Shown piece after piece: positions 1 through 12,942 of a stretch of 64,000 nt of DNA (its first letter is position 1; the number at the start of each line of letters is the position of its first letter). The position numbers and the translations under genes were made by a program. Under the pieces are notes generated by a model that worked only from the letters and a program-made list of their open reading frames with translations, was not told the DNA's origin and did no database searches. Source of the stretch: the human T2T-CHM13v2.0 reference genome, Homo sapiens; NCBI RefSeq assembly GCF_009914755.1, contig NC_060929.1, one strand, 5' to 3'.

Positions 1-187
1 ATGTAGTCATATGTTCATTTTTCCTCCTTAATGTTTGTTTTTCTTGGTTCTATGACCTACCAAAAGTAACAAAAATTCTCATTTATTTTTAATCTAAATG
101 TTTTAAGTATTTTCCTGGAATTCACCTTGAATTGATTTCTATTGGAGATAGGTATCCAATCTAATTTGCCTCATATGGATAACCACT

Positions 188-679
188 TGTTCTATTACTG
201 CTGTAACAAATTTCTACAAACTAAGTGACCTAAAATAACACAAACTTGTCATCTTACAGTGTACACAAGTCAGAAATCAGGCATGAATTTTAGTGAACTA
301 AAATCAAGTTGTCGACAGGCATGTTTCTTTATGGTGGCTAGGGTAGAATCCATATCCTGGCCTTTTCTATCTTCTAGAGAACATCAGCATTCCTTTTCTC
401 ATTGCCTCTCCTCTCTCTTTTTAAAGCTGGCAATGTCACATTTCTCTGACCATTCTTTCATTGTCACATCTCTCTCTGGACTCAGCTAAGAAAGGTTCTC
501 CATTTTTAAGAACTCATGTGATTAGACTGGGCCCATCTGGGTAACCCAGGAAGATCTCTCCATCTCGGTTTGCATCCTTAATCACATCTGATAAGCCTTT
601 ATTGCATTCAGTGTAACATATTCACAGGTTCCAGGGTTAGGCATGGGCATCTTTGAGGGCCATTATTCTCCCTACCACA
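188..679 (-). mobile_element. MaLR LTR, MLT1 family
   Basis: Begins TGTTCTATTACTGCTGTAACAAAT and ends ...GGCCATTATTCTCCCTACCACA, typical of an MLT1 in reverse orientation. Subfamily uncertain. Confidence 0.65.
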
Positions 680-1257
680 TTATTTGCCTAGCATCTTTCA
701 TTACATTGTCCATCTATTTACTTACTGATTTCTAATGACATCCAAATCAGTTACAACATTTTATGTAAGCATTGTTTTTATTTTTATGTTATTCCACTAG
801 TCTATTTTTCTACTCATGAATTATGGTACATGAGTTTATTTTTGCAACTTTAAGCTCAATAACATGTTTTAAGATTTCCTCAACTTTCTTTTTGCGCTTC
901 TTCAGAAGTTGACTCTTTTGGCCCTTTGGTCTTCTATACACATTTTAGAAATGCTTTGTTGAGGACTAAGAGGAATGCTAAGATTTTGATAGGAATTTCA
1001 TTGAATTTTGAGTATATTGGCATGCTACAATGGTTAGTGCTTTATACATGAAAATAATATATCCCTTCCTCTTTTCCTAGTATCATGAGATGTTTGTTAG
1101 GCAGACATGAATATTGAGTTGTATCAAATGTGGTTTTCTGCATTATTGTGGTGGTGATGTGATTTAGCTCCTTTAATTAGTTAATGTAATGAATTACATT
1201 TGTAGATTGCTCTAACTATTGAAACAAGCTTGAATTTCTGGAATAAGCCCAATGTGA

Positions 1258-1910
1258 TATTTATTCAACAAATATTCATTGAGTATACCTAGTATGTAAC
1301 ATGCTTTAAGAATACACCAGTGAACCAAACAGAAATATCTGACATTACAGAACTTAACATTCCAGTATTTGGAGACAGATGATAAAAAAGTGAACATGTA
1401 TATTTACAGTTTGTCAAGGAATGATAAATGAAGACTCTTAAAGTAGATGGGGAATTGGGAGTGAAGTCTGTAATTTAAATAGGGTGGGCAGGAAAGCTTC
1501 ACAGAGAATGGGACATTTAAGAATAGACTTGAAGGACAGGCAAGAGCAATCTCTATGTTTATATGGGAGAAAAGGTTCCAGGCAGATGCAGTAACAATGG
1601 CAAATATCCTGAAGTAGGATCATGCTGGAGTTTTTGTGGAGCAGCAAGGAGGCTAGTGTGACTGCCACAGAATCACCCAAGGGAAGATGAGAAGATCAGA
1701 CCAGACCAGCACTTGGGCATCTAATGGGAAAAGTTTCTCAAGCCATCATAAAAATTTCACTTTTACTATAAATACTACGAGAAACCATGGGATGTTTTAC
1801 AGTAAGAAAGGTGGCATAATATGTTACATGTTTTAAACAAACTCTATAGCTTCTGAGTTGAAATAGATTGTAGGGGCTCATGGCAGAAGCAGAGGGAACA
1901 TTTAGGAGAC
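1258..1910 (-). mobile_element. L2 LINE fragment (3' end)
   Basis: TTATTCAACAAATATTCATTGAG...CCTAGTATG followed by purine-rich L2-like sequence, the usual reverse-complement L2 3' end. Confidence 0.6.
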
Positions 1911-2204
1911 TACTGTAAAGAATATCATGAAAAGAACAAACAACGCTATGTAACATGCTTAAATGGACTGAAGAAGATGTATAAAATCAAAATGATGTTA
2001 CCTTCACACCTTGAATCAGTACGATAAACCCCCCTCCCCAATCACAAAAGAAAAACTAAACACAAAAACCAGGCTTTGGTTGCTCAGACAATTTTACAGG
2101 TGAGTTCTAGCAAACATGCAAAGAACGTTTAATTGCACTGTTACAGAAATTCTTCTGGAGACAAGAAAATAAGACACATCACCCAACCAATTTCATAATA
2201 ACAA

Positions 2205-2713
2205 TGTCAATGTATAATAACAGAAAAAGTGGATCTCCAAAGAAATAAATTTATTTGGAAATAAACAAGGATTATAATCTGAGATATTTGTGCTATGATC
2301 AATCATAGGTGCATCCCAAGAGGTTGAGGTAAGGAAAATATGTAAAGACAAAAAGAAGTCCATGCAAGCTGTTTTGAAACAAACATCATTGGTCACAGGG
2401 TCTGATGCAGGAGCTGGTGTTAACTTACTGGCAGAAACAGCCATTGCTAGGCAAGTGTTCTTGTGAGGGTGGCTTATCTGAAATGCTGCAGTCTTGAGGA
2501 ATTTTTTATGATAGGTCCTATTATAAAACACCTGCAGGATGAGCTGGACAAACAGAGTGTGCTGGGTGGGCAGAAATTTCTTGTGAGTTTATAGAAAGTC
2601 CTTGTGATAGTGCTTATCGTGGACAGACACACAAGATCCCCTTTTTCATGACCCGGCTCCACTTTGCTTTGGGTCTGATGTAAGTGACTTTGCCTTGTCA
2701 TTGGCAACTTTCA
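2205..2713 (-). mobile_element. Solo ERV LTR (possibly LTR47-like)
   Basis: The minus strand starts TGAAAGTTG, ends TTGACA and has AATAAA near its 3' end; about 500 bp. No clear TSD. Confidence 0.5.
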
Positions 2714-4199
2714 CTGTAGTATAATCTGCACATCAAAGTTACCTAACAATAGTACAAAGAAAGAAAATTAAAGGTATATCTCTTTCAAAAATATAAACCC
2801 CAAAATTGTTAGGAAATTGTAGTGAGTATAAAAGATAATTCATTATAATAAACATCTCAAGCTTCACAGAATTCTGACCTTTGCTACACTCTCATCCACA
2901 ATCTTTTCTCCTAGTAAATGGCAGCTCCTTCTGTTAAGTTGCTGAGGCTTCTTATTGCTTTTTTCTTCAAATAACAGTCAGAACTGAACAACTGTAATCA
3001 TCCTAGTCCATACAATTGTTATATTTTCATTTAAAGAAGATCAATGTGTGATTCTTTTTTTATATATTTCTGGACAATTCTTTATATTTTAATAGTAGTC
3101 AGAATTTGATCAGGAAAACAGAAGACATCCTATGTATTATAATGATAAAAGTTTAATATTAATTAGGGCCTTATGCTATTATTGGAAGAGCTTGGTGAAT
3201 AGATATTAGAAAAGCAGCTAGACAAAATCAGAAGAGGTCTGTTTTATATCAGAGATCTTAGCCTGACAGTCTAGAGTGTGGGCACAGAACCCAAGCTTAT
3301 AGGAATTTCTGAAAGGTCTGTAAATCTTATCCAGATGGACAGTGGGAGCTCATAAAGGATTCTGCAAGCCATCACATCTGTCAAACCTGCTATGTCTAAT
3401 CCTTAAGCCTGCTTTATTTGAAGACCTCCTCTTCACTCCTCATTTCCAGCTCTCATGAGTTTCTTTCATAGGCAAACCCAGACCTGGAACAATGTGCCTG
3501 AAGACTTCGGGTGACATAGTACCCAGACTTAAATAGGAGGGGAGCCATGGTGGAAGTGGCCATCCAGCACAATTTTCTTGGTCTTTACTCATAGTTTTGA
3601 TTCCTTAAAAAAATTAACCACATTAAAATATGTGTTTCATAATCTACATCTAATAATACAAATATTTAAAGTCTTTTCAAGTTTGAATACGCTACCCATG
3701 TTGCTGCTACCCCCATTTTGTGTGTGTGATTTTTGTGTGTGTGTTAGAAGCTCATGACCTTTGAAACCTGCTCTTATGAGCTTGCTTTGATGATTTATTT
3801 GTCCAGAGAGGATTTTTTTTCCTACCTAGCATTTTGGACTGCTATCAACCTGAGACCACTTTGAATTAAATTCTCAGCTTGCAAATTTGGAAGCCACACA
3901 GATTGTGTGAGTTCAGGCTGAAACCTGTTTGAGAGCTGGATTCTGGCTATAAACTCCACAGGGAACATTTTCTCTCTCCACTCAGAGCTGAGACCATAGG
4001 GAAATTTATTTGCTAGCTCACTTTGAAGGTTTATTTTATTTATTTTTTAAATTTCTAGTACACGTGCTCACTGAAGGTGTAATACTTATGTGAGAATCTC
4101 AAAATCAGTTGTGTTCTTTGTATGACCCTGGTTTTGTTTCCTCCTGCTCTCTTACTTTCAGTGTGTCTCAGTATGTCTGCTCAATATGTCATCTTAAAT

Positions 4200-4600
4200 T
4201 TCAACTGAGGGTGGATCTTCTTCCCAGCTCACTCACATGGTTCTTAGCTAGATTCAGTTTCTCTCCATTTGTAGGACTGAGGACCTCAGTTCTTCACTTA
4301 GGGTTGGCTACAGGTAATCATCAATTTCTTGTAACAGGACTTACACTGGGCCACTGACAGCATGCCAGTTGGCTTCATTCAAATGAGAGGGCAAGAGAAA
4401 GAGAGAGAGGGAGAGGGCACAAGAAGAAATTCACAGTATCTTATAATCTAATCTCAGAAGTGGCATCTCATTTCTTTTGTTCTATTCTATTCAATAGAAA
4501 CAAGTACCTGGGACCAGCTTACACTATAGGAAAGAGATTATATAAGGGTATAAATACCAAGAGGTAGAGATCATCAAGAGCCATTCTGGTAGCAGCCACA
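4200..4600 (-). mobile_element. Old MLT1 LTR fragment
   Basis: CAGCTCACTCACATGG, TTCTATTCAATAGAAACAAGT and terminal ...CAGCCACA motifs resemble MLT1. Confidence 0.5.
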
Positions 4601-5689
4601 ATATCTTATCCAGAATATTTCTTATTCAGGCCTTCAAATGTGCTGTCTTTTCTGGTCTAATGGAAATGAACCTTCCTTCCATACAATTTCTTCTCCTAAA
4701 TTGTACTCTGGCTCTCTTATCATATACAAATGTCTATGTTAGGTATTTGTGTCTGTCTTGATTCTTGGTAGGCTTTTAAACTCTGTGAATGTTGGACTGT
4801 GATGTAGACATCATTTCACCGCACACTCTGTAACCACCAAACCTTAGCAGCTTATTCAGTAAGCACATACTTGGCTCTTAATGAGTATTGCTTAAATTGA
4901 TGAATTGAATTAGTATTTTACCTTCTCTGTTGCTTAGCTAAGCAGAAGAATTTGTCATTTTTTTAATTTAGTGACTGGTTCTATTAAAAGTTACCTTTGT
5001 CTATATCATTTTGTTATACTAAAGCACAAATGTATAAGGTCAAAAAACATTCTCAAGATTTTGTTTAAACCACAGCCCTCAGTTGTGTATATTTATCTCT
5101 TGTTTTCATATGCAAGATTTCTCCTGAAATGGGCAACAATTACAAGAGTTTTTTTCCTCTTCTGAACTAAGAAAATAAATATTTAATTCACAAGTTTAGA
5201 AAAGTGAACCTGAAAAATCACAGGGCTAGGTGGGTTATGAGGCCCACTGGTACATGATAGTGTTGAATGTGGATTAGAATGAACTCCGTGGATTAGAATC
5301 TCAGACCATAGGCAAACATTTACTTGTTTTAGAATAAGCACATTTGAGTCTGCAATAAGTATTACTATTTTTAAGTTGAAAATGTAATTGGTTTCTAATA
5401 ATAACCATATTGGCTAGCATTATTTCAATCGTGTTTAATGTTTTCCAATGTCATTTCATGTCAGATATCTCTCTTGATTCTTAGTAACAATTTGGACAAG
5501 ACAGCAAATGCTATTGTCCAAGTTTTCTAAAGAAGAATCTGAAGTGAAATGACATCAAGAGACCTATCAAGACCTGTATCCAGGAAAAGGTAAATCTGAG
5601 CTGAAATTGTAGCCCTTGTAAATTACCTACGTGACATACCAGATAGTGTTCATGATCCATTCAGTACTCTGTTCTAAAAATGAGACAAT

Positions 5690-6230
5690 ATCCATTTATT
5701 CACTTGTTCATTTATTTAGTGCTTGTTCAGCCCTTACTGCATATTCCAGGCACTATTCTGACTGTGGCAGGAGTGAACAAACAGGCATGGTTCTTACTTG
5801 CATGTAATTACAGTCTTATAGTGAAAACAAGTGTTAAACAACAAAATCTCCCAATTATTTTAAAATTATAAACTTGATTCGATACTATGTGGCCATATAA
5901 TTGTTCCTAATTTGGTTGGAGAAGGGAGGCAGTTAGGGAAGCCTTCCCTGAGTTAGTGCCATTTAACCTGAATTATGATAGACGATAAGTAATTTGTCAG
6001 GGGAAAAATACTCCAGGAATAAAGAACAGGTACAAAGGTCAGGTTCTGGGAAGAGCTTGTCTTGGTCCAGGAGCTAAAAAGTGTTAGAGTGGCTGGATCT
6101 GGGAAAGAGACAAAGAGTTATTAAATGAGGCAGCAGGCTTCAGCAGGTGCCACATTGCTCAGGGCCTTGTAGGCCATGCTAAGGATTTGGGATGTTAATG
6201 TCAGTACAAACAATTGAGTCGTAAGCAGAA
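5690..6230 (-). mobile_element. L2 LINE fragment
   Basis: CATTTATTCACTTGTTCATTTATT...CCAGGCACTATTCT...GGGCCTTGTAGGCCATGCTAAGGATTTGG match L2 hallmarks. Confidence 0.65.
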
Positions 6231-6881
6231 AGTAAAAGCATGATTCCATCAAATGTTATTCTCTAAACAGTAATTTTATAAATACAGGTTAAATGTGTGT
6301 GGTCCCAGCTACTCAGGAGGTCCCAGCTACTCAGTATTCCTTTTCAACAAATATTAGGTGCCTACTATTAGCCAGGTACAGCCCTTAGCTACTTTGAATG
6401 AAGCATATATTACAAACTGGCAGAATTTCTTAAACAAAGAATCTAAAGTTGTTTATACACCATAATCTCGGTATTTTATAAATTTCTTGAAATTATTTTT
6501 ATGTACACTGCTTTGCAGAATTTTAACTGGCTTTGAAATAAACAATGACAATAGTCCTCCATGTTACTAGTTTCAAATTTTCCCAATACCTACTAAGACA
6601 TTACTTAATCCACAGATTTACTGTCAATAGTTTGTATCAAATTGTGATAACATATTTGAAGTTAATATTTCAAATTAAAGCAAAATCACAAATTTATACT
6701 TTATATTATGAATGAGATTCACAAAAGGAGCATGATAATATATTCTGTTGTCATCACATACAAAATAATAACATATAGAGTATGAATCAATAATTTTTCA
6801 AATACAAAGCTATTACAATTAGGAATACAAAGAAATCATAATTAGGAATACTTCTACAATATTAACACACAATAGTGGTAA

Positions 6882-7208
<327 letters not shown>

Positions 7209-7342
7209 AGTGGTGGGTCTCATATCTCAATGTGGACTTTTACTAACTCCCGATGCCTCATTTTCCTCATCAGTTGAAAGGAATGAATGAAAGATTTGTG
7301 TTTTTCATATTACCAGGTAGATGATAAGGAGATTTTAATTTT

Positions 7343-7707
7343 CTTTTTTTTTTTAACTTTTATTTTAAGTTTAGGGGCATTTGTTACATAGGTAGACTGG
7401 TGTCACAGGGGTTTATTGTACAGATTATTTCATCACCCAGGTATTAAACCTAGTACCCAATAGTTATCTTTTCTGCTTCTCTTCCTTTTCTCACCCTCCA
7501 CCCTCAAGTAGACCCCAGTGTCTGTTTTATTCTTTGTGTTCATTAGTTCTCATCATTTAGCTCCCACTTATAACTGAGAGTATGCTGTATTTGGTTTTCT
7601 GTTCCTGTATTAGTTTGCTAAGGATAATAGAAGGTCCATCCATATTCCAGCAAAAGACATGATATCATTTTTTAATGGCGGCATAGTATTCCATGGTGTA
7701 TATGTAC
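7343..7707 (-). mobile_element. 5'-truncated L1 3' end (old L1PA/L1PB)
   Basis: TTTTAACTTTTATTTTAAGTT...TATTTCATCACCCAGGTATTAA...GCATAGTATTCCATGGTGTATATGTAC. Confidence 0.85.
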
Positions 7708-7870
7708 AGCCTGCATATAAACTGTGGGCTAAAGACCTTCACCAGAGCAGTCTGACAGAACCTCTCTGAAAGACTTCTCCTAGGCTGTAATCCTCAGTCT
7801 CTTGTTCTCAGACCCCTAAATAAATCTAACTTTAATTTCTTAAAAGCTTAATTTTTTTCTTTAGTTGACA
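7708..7870 (+). mobile_element. 3' part of an ERV1-type LTR
   Basis: TATAAA box, AATAAA and terminal TTTAGTTGACA. Confidence 0.5.
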
Positions 7871-8249
7871 CCAAAAATCTCCCCAGCCAGATCCACAAAC
7901 TTTTTCGGTATTTTTCCTATTTTTTATATCATTCCAGGCAAGCGTTTTCTAACTCTCCCATCAGAATATGACTTTGGTGCCTTTTCCTCAGCCTCCACTG
8001 ATGATTTTTTCTCATTATCCTTAAAGCCCTTTCCAGTAGACTTCTTAAGCTCTTTCAAGTTTTCAGTCTCCTTAAGGACCATTCAGTGTTTACTGTCAGT
8101 TCCCAGAATGCTTTTACAGGTTTTGCTATCATTTTCCTTGAAGTCTGTTCACTTTTCACTAACAGTCTTTGTGAAATCCTTCTGGCTTCTATCCATTGTC
8201 TGATTCCAAAGCCAATGCCACATAGTTTAAGTTTATATTATATTAGAGT

Positions 8250-11071
8250 GACATCTTATTCCACGTACCACAAACCACCTCAAAACTTAGCAGCTTAAAA
8301 CAACAAACTTAAAAAAAATTGTGGACTTGTATTAGTGCAAGCAGGGCTTAGCTACATGATTCTGCTCCGTGTGGTATTAACTGTAGCCATCTGTGGTATT
8401 CAGCTGGCAGCTGGGTAGTCTGGAGAGTTGAAGGTGGCTTCAGTGATGTGCCTGTTTTATTAGTGGATTGGATGAAATGTTGTGGTAAGGTGGGCCTCTC
8501 TTGCTCTCCGTGTAGTTTGAGAGCCTGTCTACATGATCTATTCAGCAGCAATATGGTTTGGCTGTGTCCCCACCCAAATCTCATCTTGAATTGTAGCTCC
8601 CATAATTTCCGTGTCTTGTGGGAGGGATCCAACGGGAGATAACTGAATCACAGGAGTATTTCCCCCATACTGTTCTCGTGGTCTTGAATAAGTCTCACAA
8701 GAGCTGATGATTTTATAAGGGGGTTCCCCTTTCACTCAGCTCTCATTCTGTCTTGTCTGCCATCATGTAGAGATGTGCCTTTTGCCTTCCACCATGATTG
8801 TGAGGCCTCCCCATCCACCTGGAAATGTGAGTCCATTAAGTGTCTTTTTCTTCATAAATCACTCAGTCTCAGGTATGTCTTTATCAGCAGCATGAAAACA
8901 GACTAATACAGTACATTGGTACTGGTAGAGTGGGGTGCTGTTGTAAAGATAACCCAAAAATGTGGAAGCGACTTTGGAACTGGGTAACAGGCAGGGGTTG
9001 AAACAGTTTGGAGGGCTCAGAAAACGACAGGAAAATGTGGGAAAGTTTGGAACTTCCTAGAGACTTGTTGAATGGCTTTGACTAAAATGTCAAATAATGA
9101 TATAGACAATGAAATCCAGGCTGAGATGGTCTCAGATGGAGATGAGGAACTCACTGGGAACTGCAGTAAAGGTGTCTCTTGCTATCGAGAGAGACTGGCA
9201 GCATTTTGTCCCTGCCCTAGAGATTTGTGGAACTTTGAACTTGAGGGAGATGAGTTAGGGTATCTGGCAGAAGAAATTTCTAAGCAGCAAAGCATTCAAG
9301 AGTGACTTGGGTGTGTTAAAAGCACTCAGTTTTAACAGGAAAACAGAGCATAAACGTTCAGAAAATTTGTAGCATGACACTGTGATAGAAAAGAAAAATC
9401 CATTTTCTGAGGAGAAATTCAAGCTGGCTGCAGAAATTTGCATAAGTAACAAGGAGCCAAATGTTAATCGCTAAGTCTTCAGGCCATGTCAGAGATCTTT
9501 GTGGCAGCCCCTTCCATCACACACCCAGAGGCCTAGGAGGAAAAAATGGTTTCATAGGCTGGGCCCAGGGCCCCTCTGCTGTTTGCCTGTGTACAGCCTA
9601 GGGACTTGGTGCTCTGTGTCCCAGCTGCTCCAGCCACAGCTAAAAGGGGTCAAGGCACAGCTCAGGCCATGGCTTCAGAGGGTGCAAGCCTCAAGCTTTG
9701 GCAGCTTCCATGTGGTGTTGAGCCTGTGGATTCACGGAAGTCCAGAATCGAGGTATGGGAACCTCCACCTAGATTTCAGAGAATGTATGGAAATGCCTGG
9801 ATCTCCAGACAGAAGTTTGCTGCAGGGGTGGTCTTCATGGAGAACCTCTGCTAAGGCAGTGGGGAATGGAAATGTGGGGTTGAAGCCCCCAACACAGAGT
9901 CCCCACTAGGGTACTGCCTAGTGGAGCTATGAGAAGAGGGCTGCTGTCCTCCAGACCCCGGAATGGTAGATCCACCGACAGCTTGCACTGTGTGCCTGGA
10001 AAAGCTGCATACAATGCCAGCCTGTGAAAGCAACCGGGAGGAAGGCTCTCCCCTGCAAAACCACAGGGGTGGAGCTGCCTGAGACCATGGGAACCCACCA
10101 CTTGCATGAGTATGACCTGGATGTGAGACATAGAGTCAAAGGAGATCATTTTGGAGCTTTAAGATTTGACTGTCCCACTGGATTTCGGACTTGCTTGGAG
10201 CTTTTAGTCCCTTTGTTTTGGGTAAATTTTACCATTTGGAACGGCTGCATTTACCCAATGCCTGTACTCCTATCTTATCTAGAAAATAACTAAATTGCTT
10301 TTGATTTTACAGGTTTATATGTGGAAGAGACTTGCCCTGTCTCAGGTGAGACTTTGGACTGCCAACTTTTGAGTTAATGCTGAAGTGAGTTAAGACTTTT
10401 GGGGACTATTGGGAAGGCATGATTGGTTTTGAAATGTGAGGACATGAGATTTGGGAGGTGCCAGAGGCAGAATGAGGTGGTTTGGCTGTGTCCTTTCCCA
10501 AATCTCATCTTGAATTGTAGCTCCCATAATTCCCATGTGTTGTGGAGGGACCTGGTGAGAGATAATTGAATGATGGGGTGGCTCCCCCATACTGTTCTTA
10601 TGGTCGTGAATAAGTCTCATGAGAGCTGATGACTTTACAAGGGGCTTCCCCTTTCACTCAGCTCTCATTGTCTCTTGTCTGCTCCCATGTAATGCATACT
10701 TTTCACCTTCTGCCATGATTGTGAGGCCTCCCCATCCACATGGAACTGTGATTCCATGAAACTCTTTTTATTCATAAATTACCCGGTCTTGGATATGTCT
10801 TTATCAGCAGCATGAAAATGGACTAATGCAAGCAGAATAAGCAGAATTCTTCGATACTGACTCAGCACCCCACACACGTTGGTTCCAAGATGTAGAAATG
10901 GAAGCTTCAAGGCTTTTAACATCTGGACATCAAAACTGGAAGTTTTACTTTCACTGTATTTTATTGGTCAAAGCAGTCAAAGAGCCCACCCAGGTTCAAG
11001 GAGAAAGAATATGTCCCCACGTTTTCAACAGGATGGTGCCACAAAATTTCTAGTCATCTTAATTCACCACA
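8250..11071 (-). mobile_element. Old MLT1 LTR split by the THE1 insertion (about 8250-8548 and 10831-11071)
   Basis: CAAAACTTAGCAGCTTAAAACAACA on the left; TTTATTGGTCAAAGCAGTCA...CACCACA on the right. Confidence 0.6.
8549..10830 (+). mobile_element. Full-length THE1 (ERVL-MaLR) provirus: 5' LTR 8549-8910, internal 8911-10472, 3' LTR 10473-10830
   Basis: Two similar LTRs of about 360 bp (TGGTTTGGCTGTGTCC...CAGCAGCATGAAAA..GACTAAT(A/G)CA) flank a THE1 internal region. A purine tract precedes the 3' LTR. Exact 5-bp TSD AGCAG at 8544-8548 and 10831-10835. Confidence 0.95.
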
Positions 11072-11559
11072 GATAGAAATATGAAGAGCTCATTTGTTAT
11101 GTTATTTGTGAATGCAGACTAAAGGTATTTGTTGGTTTATATAGTAGTGGGAAAATGAGAACTTTTAAAATATTCAACTTTTAGCCCTTGACATGCAAAA
11201 TGAGTTCATTACATGGTAAGGATGAGGGAGAAAGAAAAGATCTGAAAAAGTAGAAGAGTGATGGATTCAGAAAGCATAGGATGATTGTCAGTGTGATTGT
11301 TTTATCTAGCCACATATAGCTGTGTGGTATCAAGATGTAGAAGGCAGAGAGTAGGATTTATCAGGATTGTTGTTTGGAAGAGTGAGTACAATCATTACGA
11401 GGGAGCAAGGTATTGATCATGGAATATAAAGTGGGAAAAGAGGTAAGGTAAGAAGGATATCAGTAAAGTGAATGACAGCATAAATATGGTAGAACCATTG
11501 GATTGGTGGCTCTGGAGGAATTGAATAATTATTAGACTTGAAGCATTAGATGGTGCACT

Positions 11560-12265
11560 AGTGAGGGCATCTCCAACTAAGTCTACCATCAAGTCATGGT
11601 GATTTATTATCTCAAATATATGACAAATTTATCTACTTATTTCCAAAACTCCCATATCTAGTTTAAGTAATCAAATTTCTTGCCTTGGCAAGCATGTTGC
11701 TTTGTAATTGACTCACCTGTATCCAATTTGAATTCCTTAAAATCCATTCTATACATTGTAACCATAGTGATATTTGCAAATGTGAAATCTGGTCAAATCA
11801 TTCTTCTGCTTAGTAGTCTTGGATTTCTCATTCTCTTAGGAAGCATCTTCCACTACTTATTTCAGCATTATCTGCACAATGCTTCCCCTCACTTCCTCAC
11901 AATGTGGTTTCAGGCACAACTCCCAAGGCCCCACTCTGGCCTCGCGGAGCAGATTGTTCCCCCTGCAGGAAAACCTTTGTTCTCCACTCAGTTAACTGCT
12001 GTTTACCCTTTAGATCTCAGCTCCAGTGTTGCTTTCTTAGGGGAAACTTCTCTGACTCACATCAAATCCCTCTCTTATAGTAATTTTCATTGTATTTCAG
12101 AGTAATTTTTATGGTTGCAATTTTACATTTGTGTGATTGTTTGATTAATCTCTGTCTCCTCCACGAAAACTCCAAGATGCAGGAACTATATCTTACTGGC
12201 ATTCAGCACAATACCTGGCACATAGGTGTTCAAAAAATACTAATAGGGTAAATAAATGAATTAAT
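11560..12265 (+). mobile_element. L2 LINE fragment
   Basis: Pyrimidine-rich L2 body ending CAGCACAATACCTGGCACATAGGTGTTCAA...AAATAAATGAAT. Confidence 0.65.
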
Positions 12266-12809
12266 TTTATGCTTTTATTTTAATATTTTCATGGTATTAA
12301 TATTTCTCTCTATGTGATATTTTGTATGTACCTATTTTCTTTTAATTTGAAGATTTATAGTTTAGTTATGTGCTGTATAAATTATATTTAGTTCTTTAAT
12401 TTTTGTGTTATTTCCAAGGGCGCTCTCCATTGACTCTTTTAATATAGTTCCACTTTACCCCTTAAACCCACTTTCCTCTCCCACCTTCGTCATCCAACTT
12501 TATTTGATTTTGTTATTTTTAATTTTTCTAAGAATGACCTTTATCTTTTAAAATAATATTTAATCACCCATAACATAATTTGTTGATTCTCTCCCACTGT
12601 GAAAGTTGAATGGACCAGAATATATTTCTACTATCTTTCTCTTCTTATTTTTGTTATGAATATAATTAGTCCTTATACAGTTATGGTTTGTAACATTTAC
12701 ATTCTGTTCTTTAACCGCAAACCCCAGAACATTTTGATATTAGGCTTCAGAATGCTCACTTGTATCATGTTATCTCTATTCATTTTTAGTGGATAGTTTT
12801 CTTTTTTAA

Positions 12810-12942
12810 GTTTTTCTGATAGAGATGGGGTCTTGCTATGTTGCCCAGGCTGGTCTTATCTTGAACTCCTGGGCTCAAGTGATTCTCCTGCCTTGGCCTT
12901 TCAAAGTGTTGGGACTGTAGGTGTTAGCCCCTGCGCCTGGCC
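12810..12942 (-). mobile_element. Alu monomer (FLAM_C-like)
   Basis: AGAGATGGGGTCTTGCTATGTTGCCCAGGCTGGTC...CTGCGCCTGGCC; a single arm only. Confidence 0.85.

Noticed and set aside
9072-10293. Several overlapping ORFs
   Set aside because: Remnants of the decayed THE1 internal ORF and their antisense frames.
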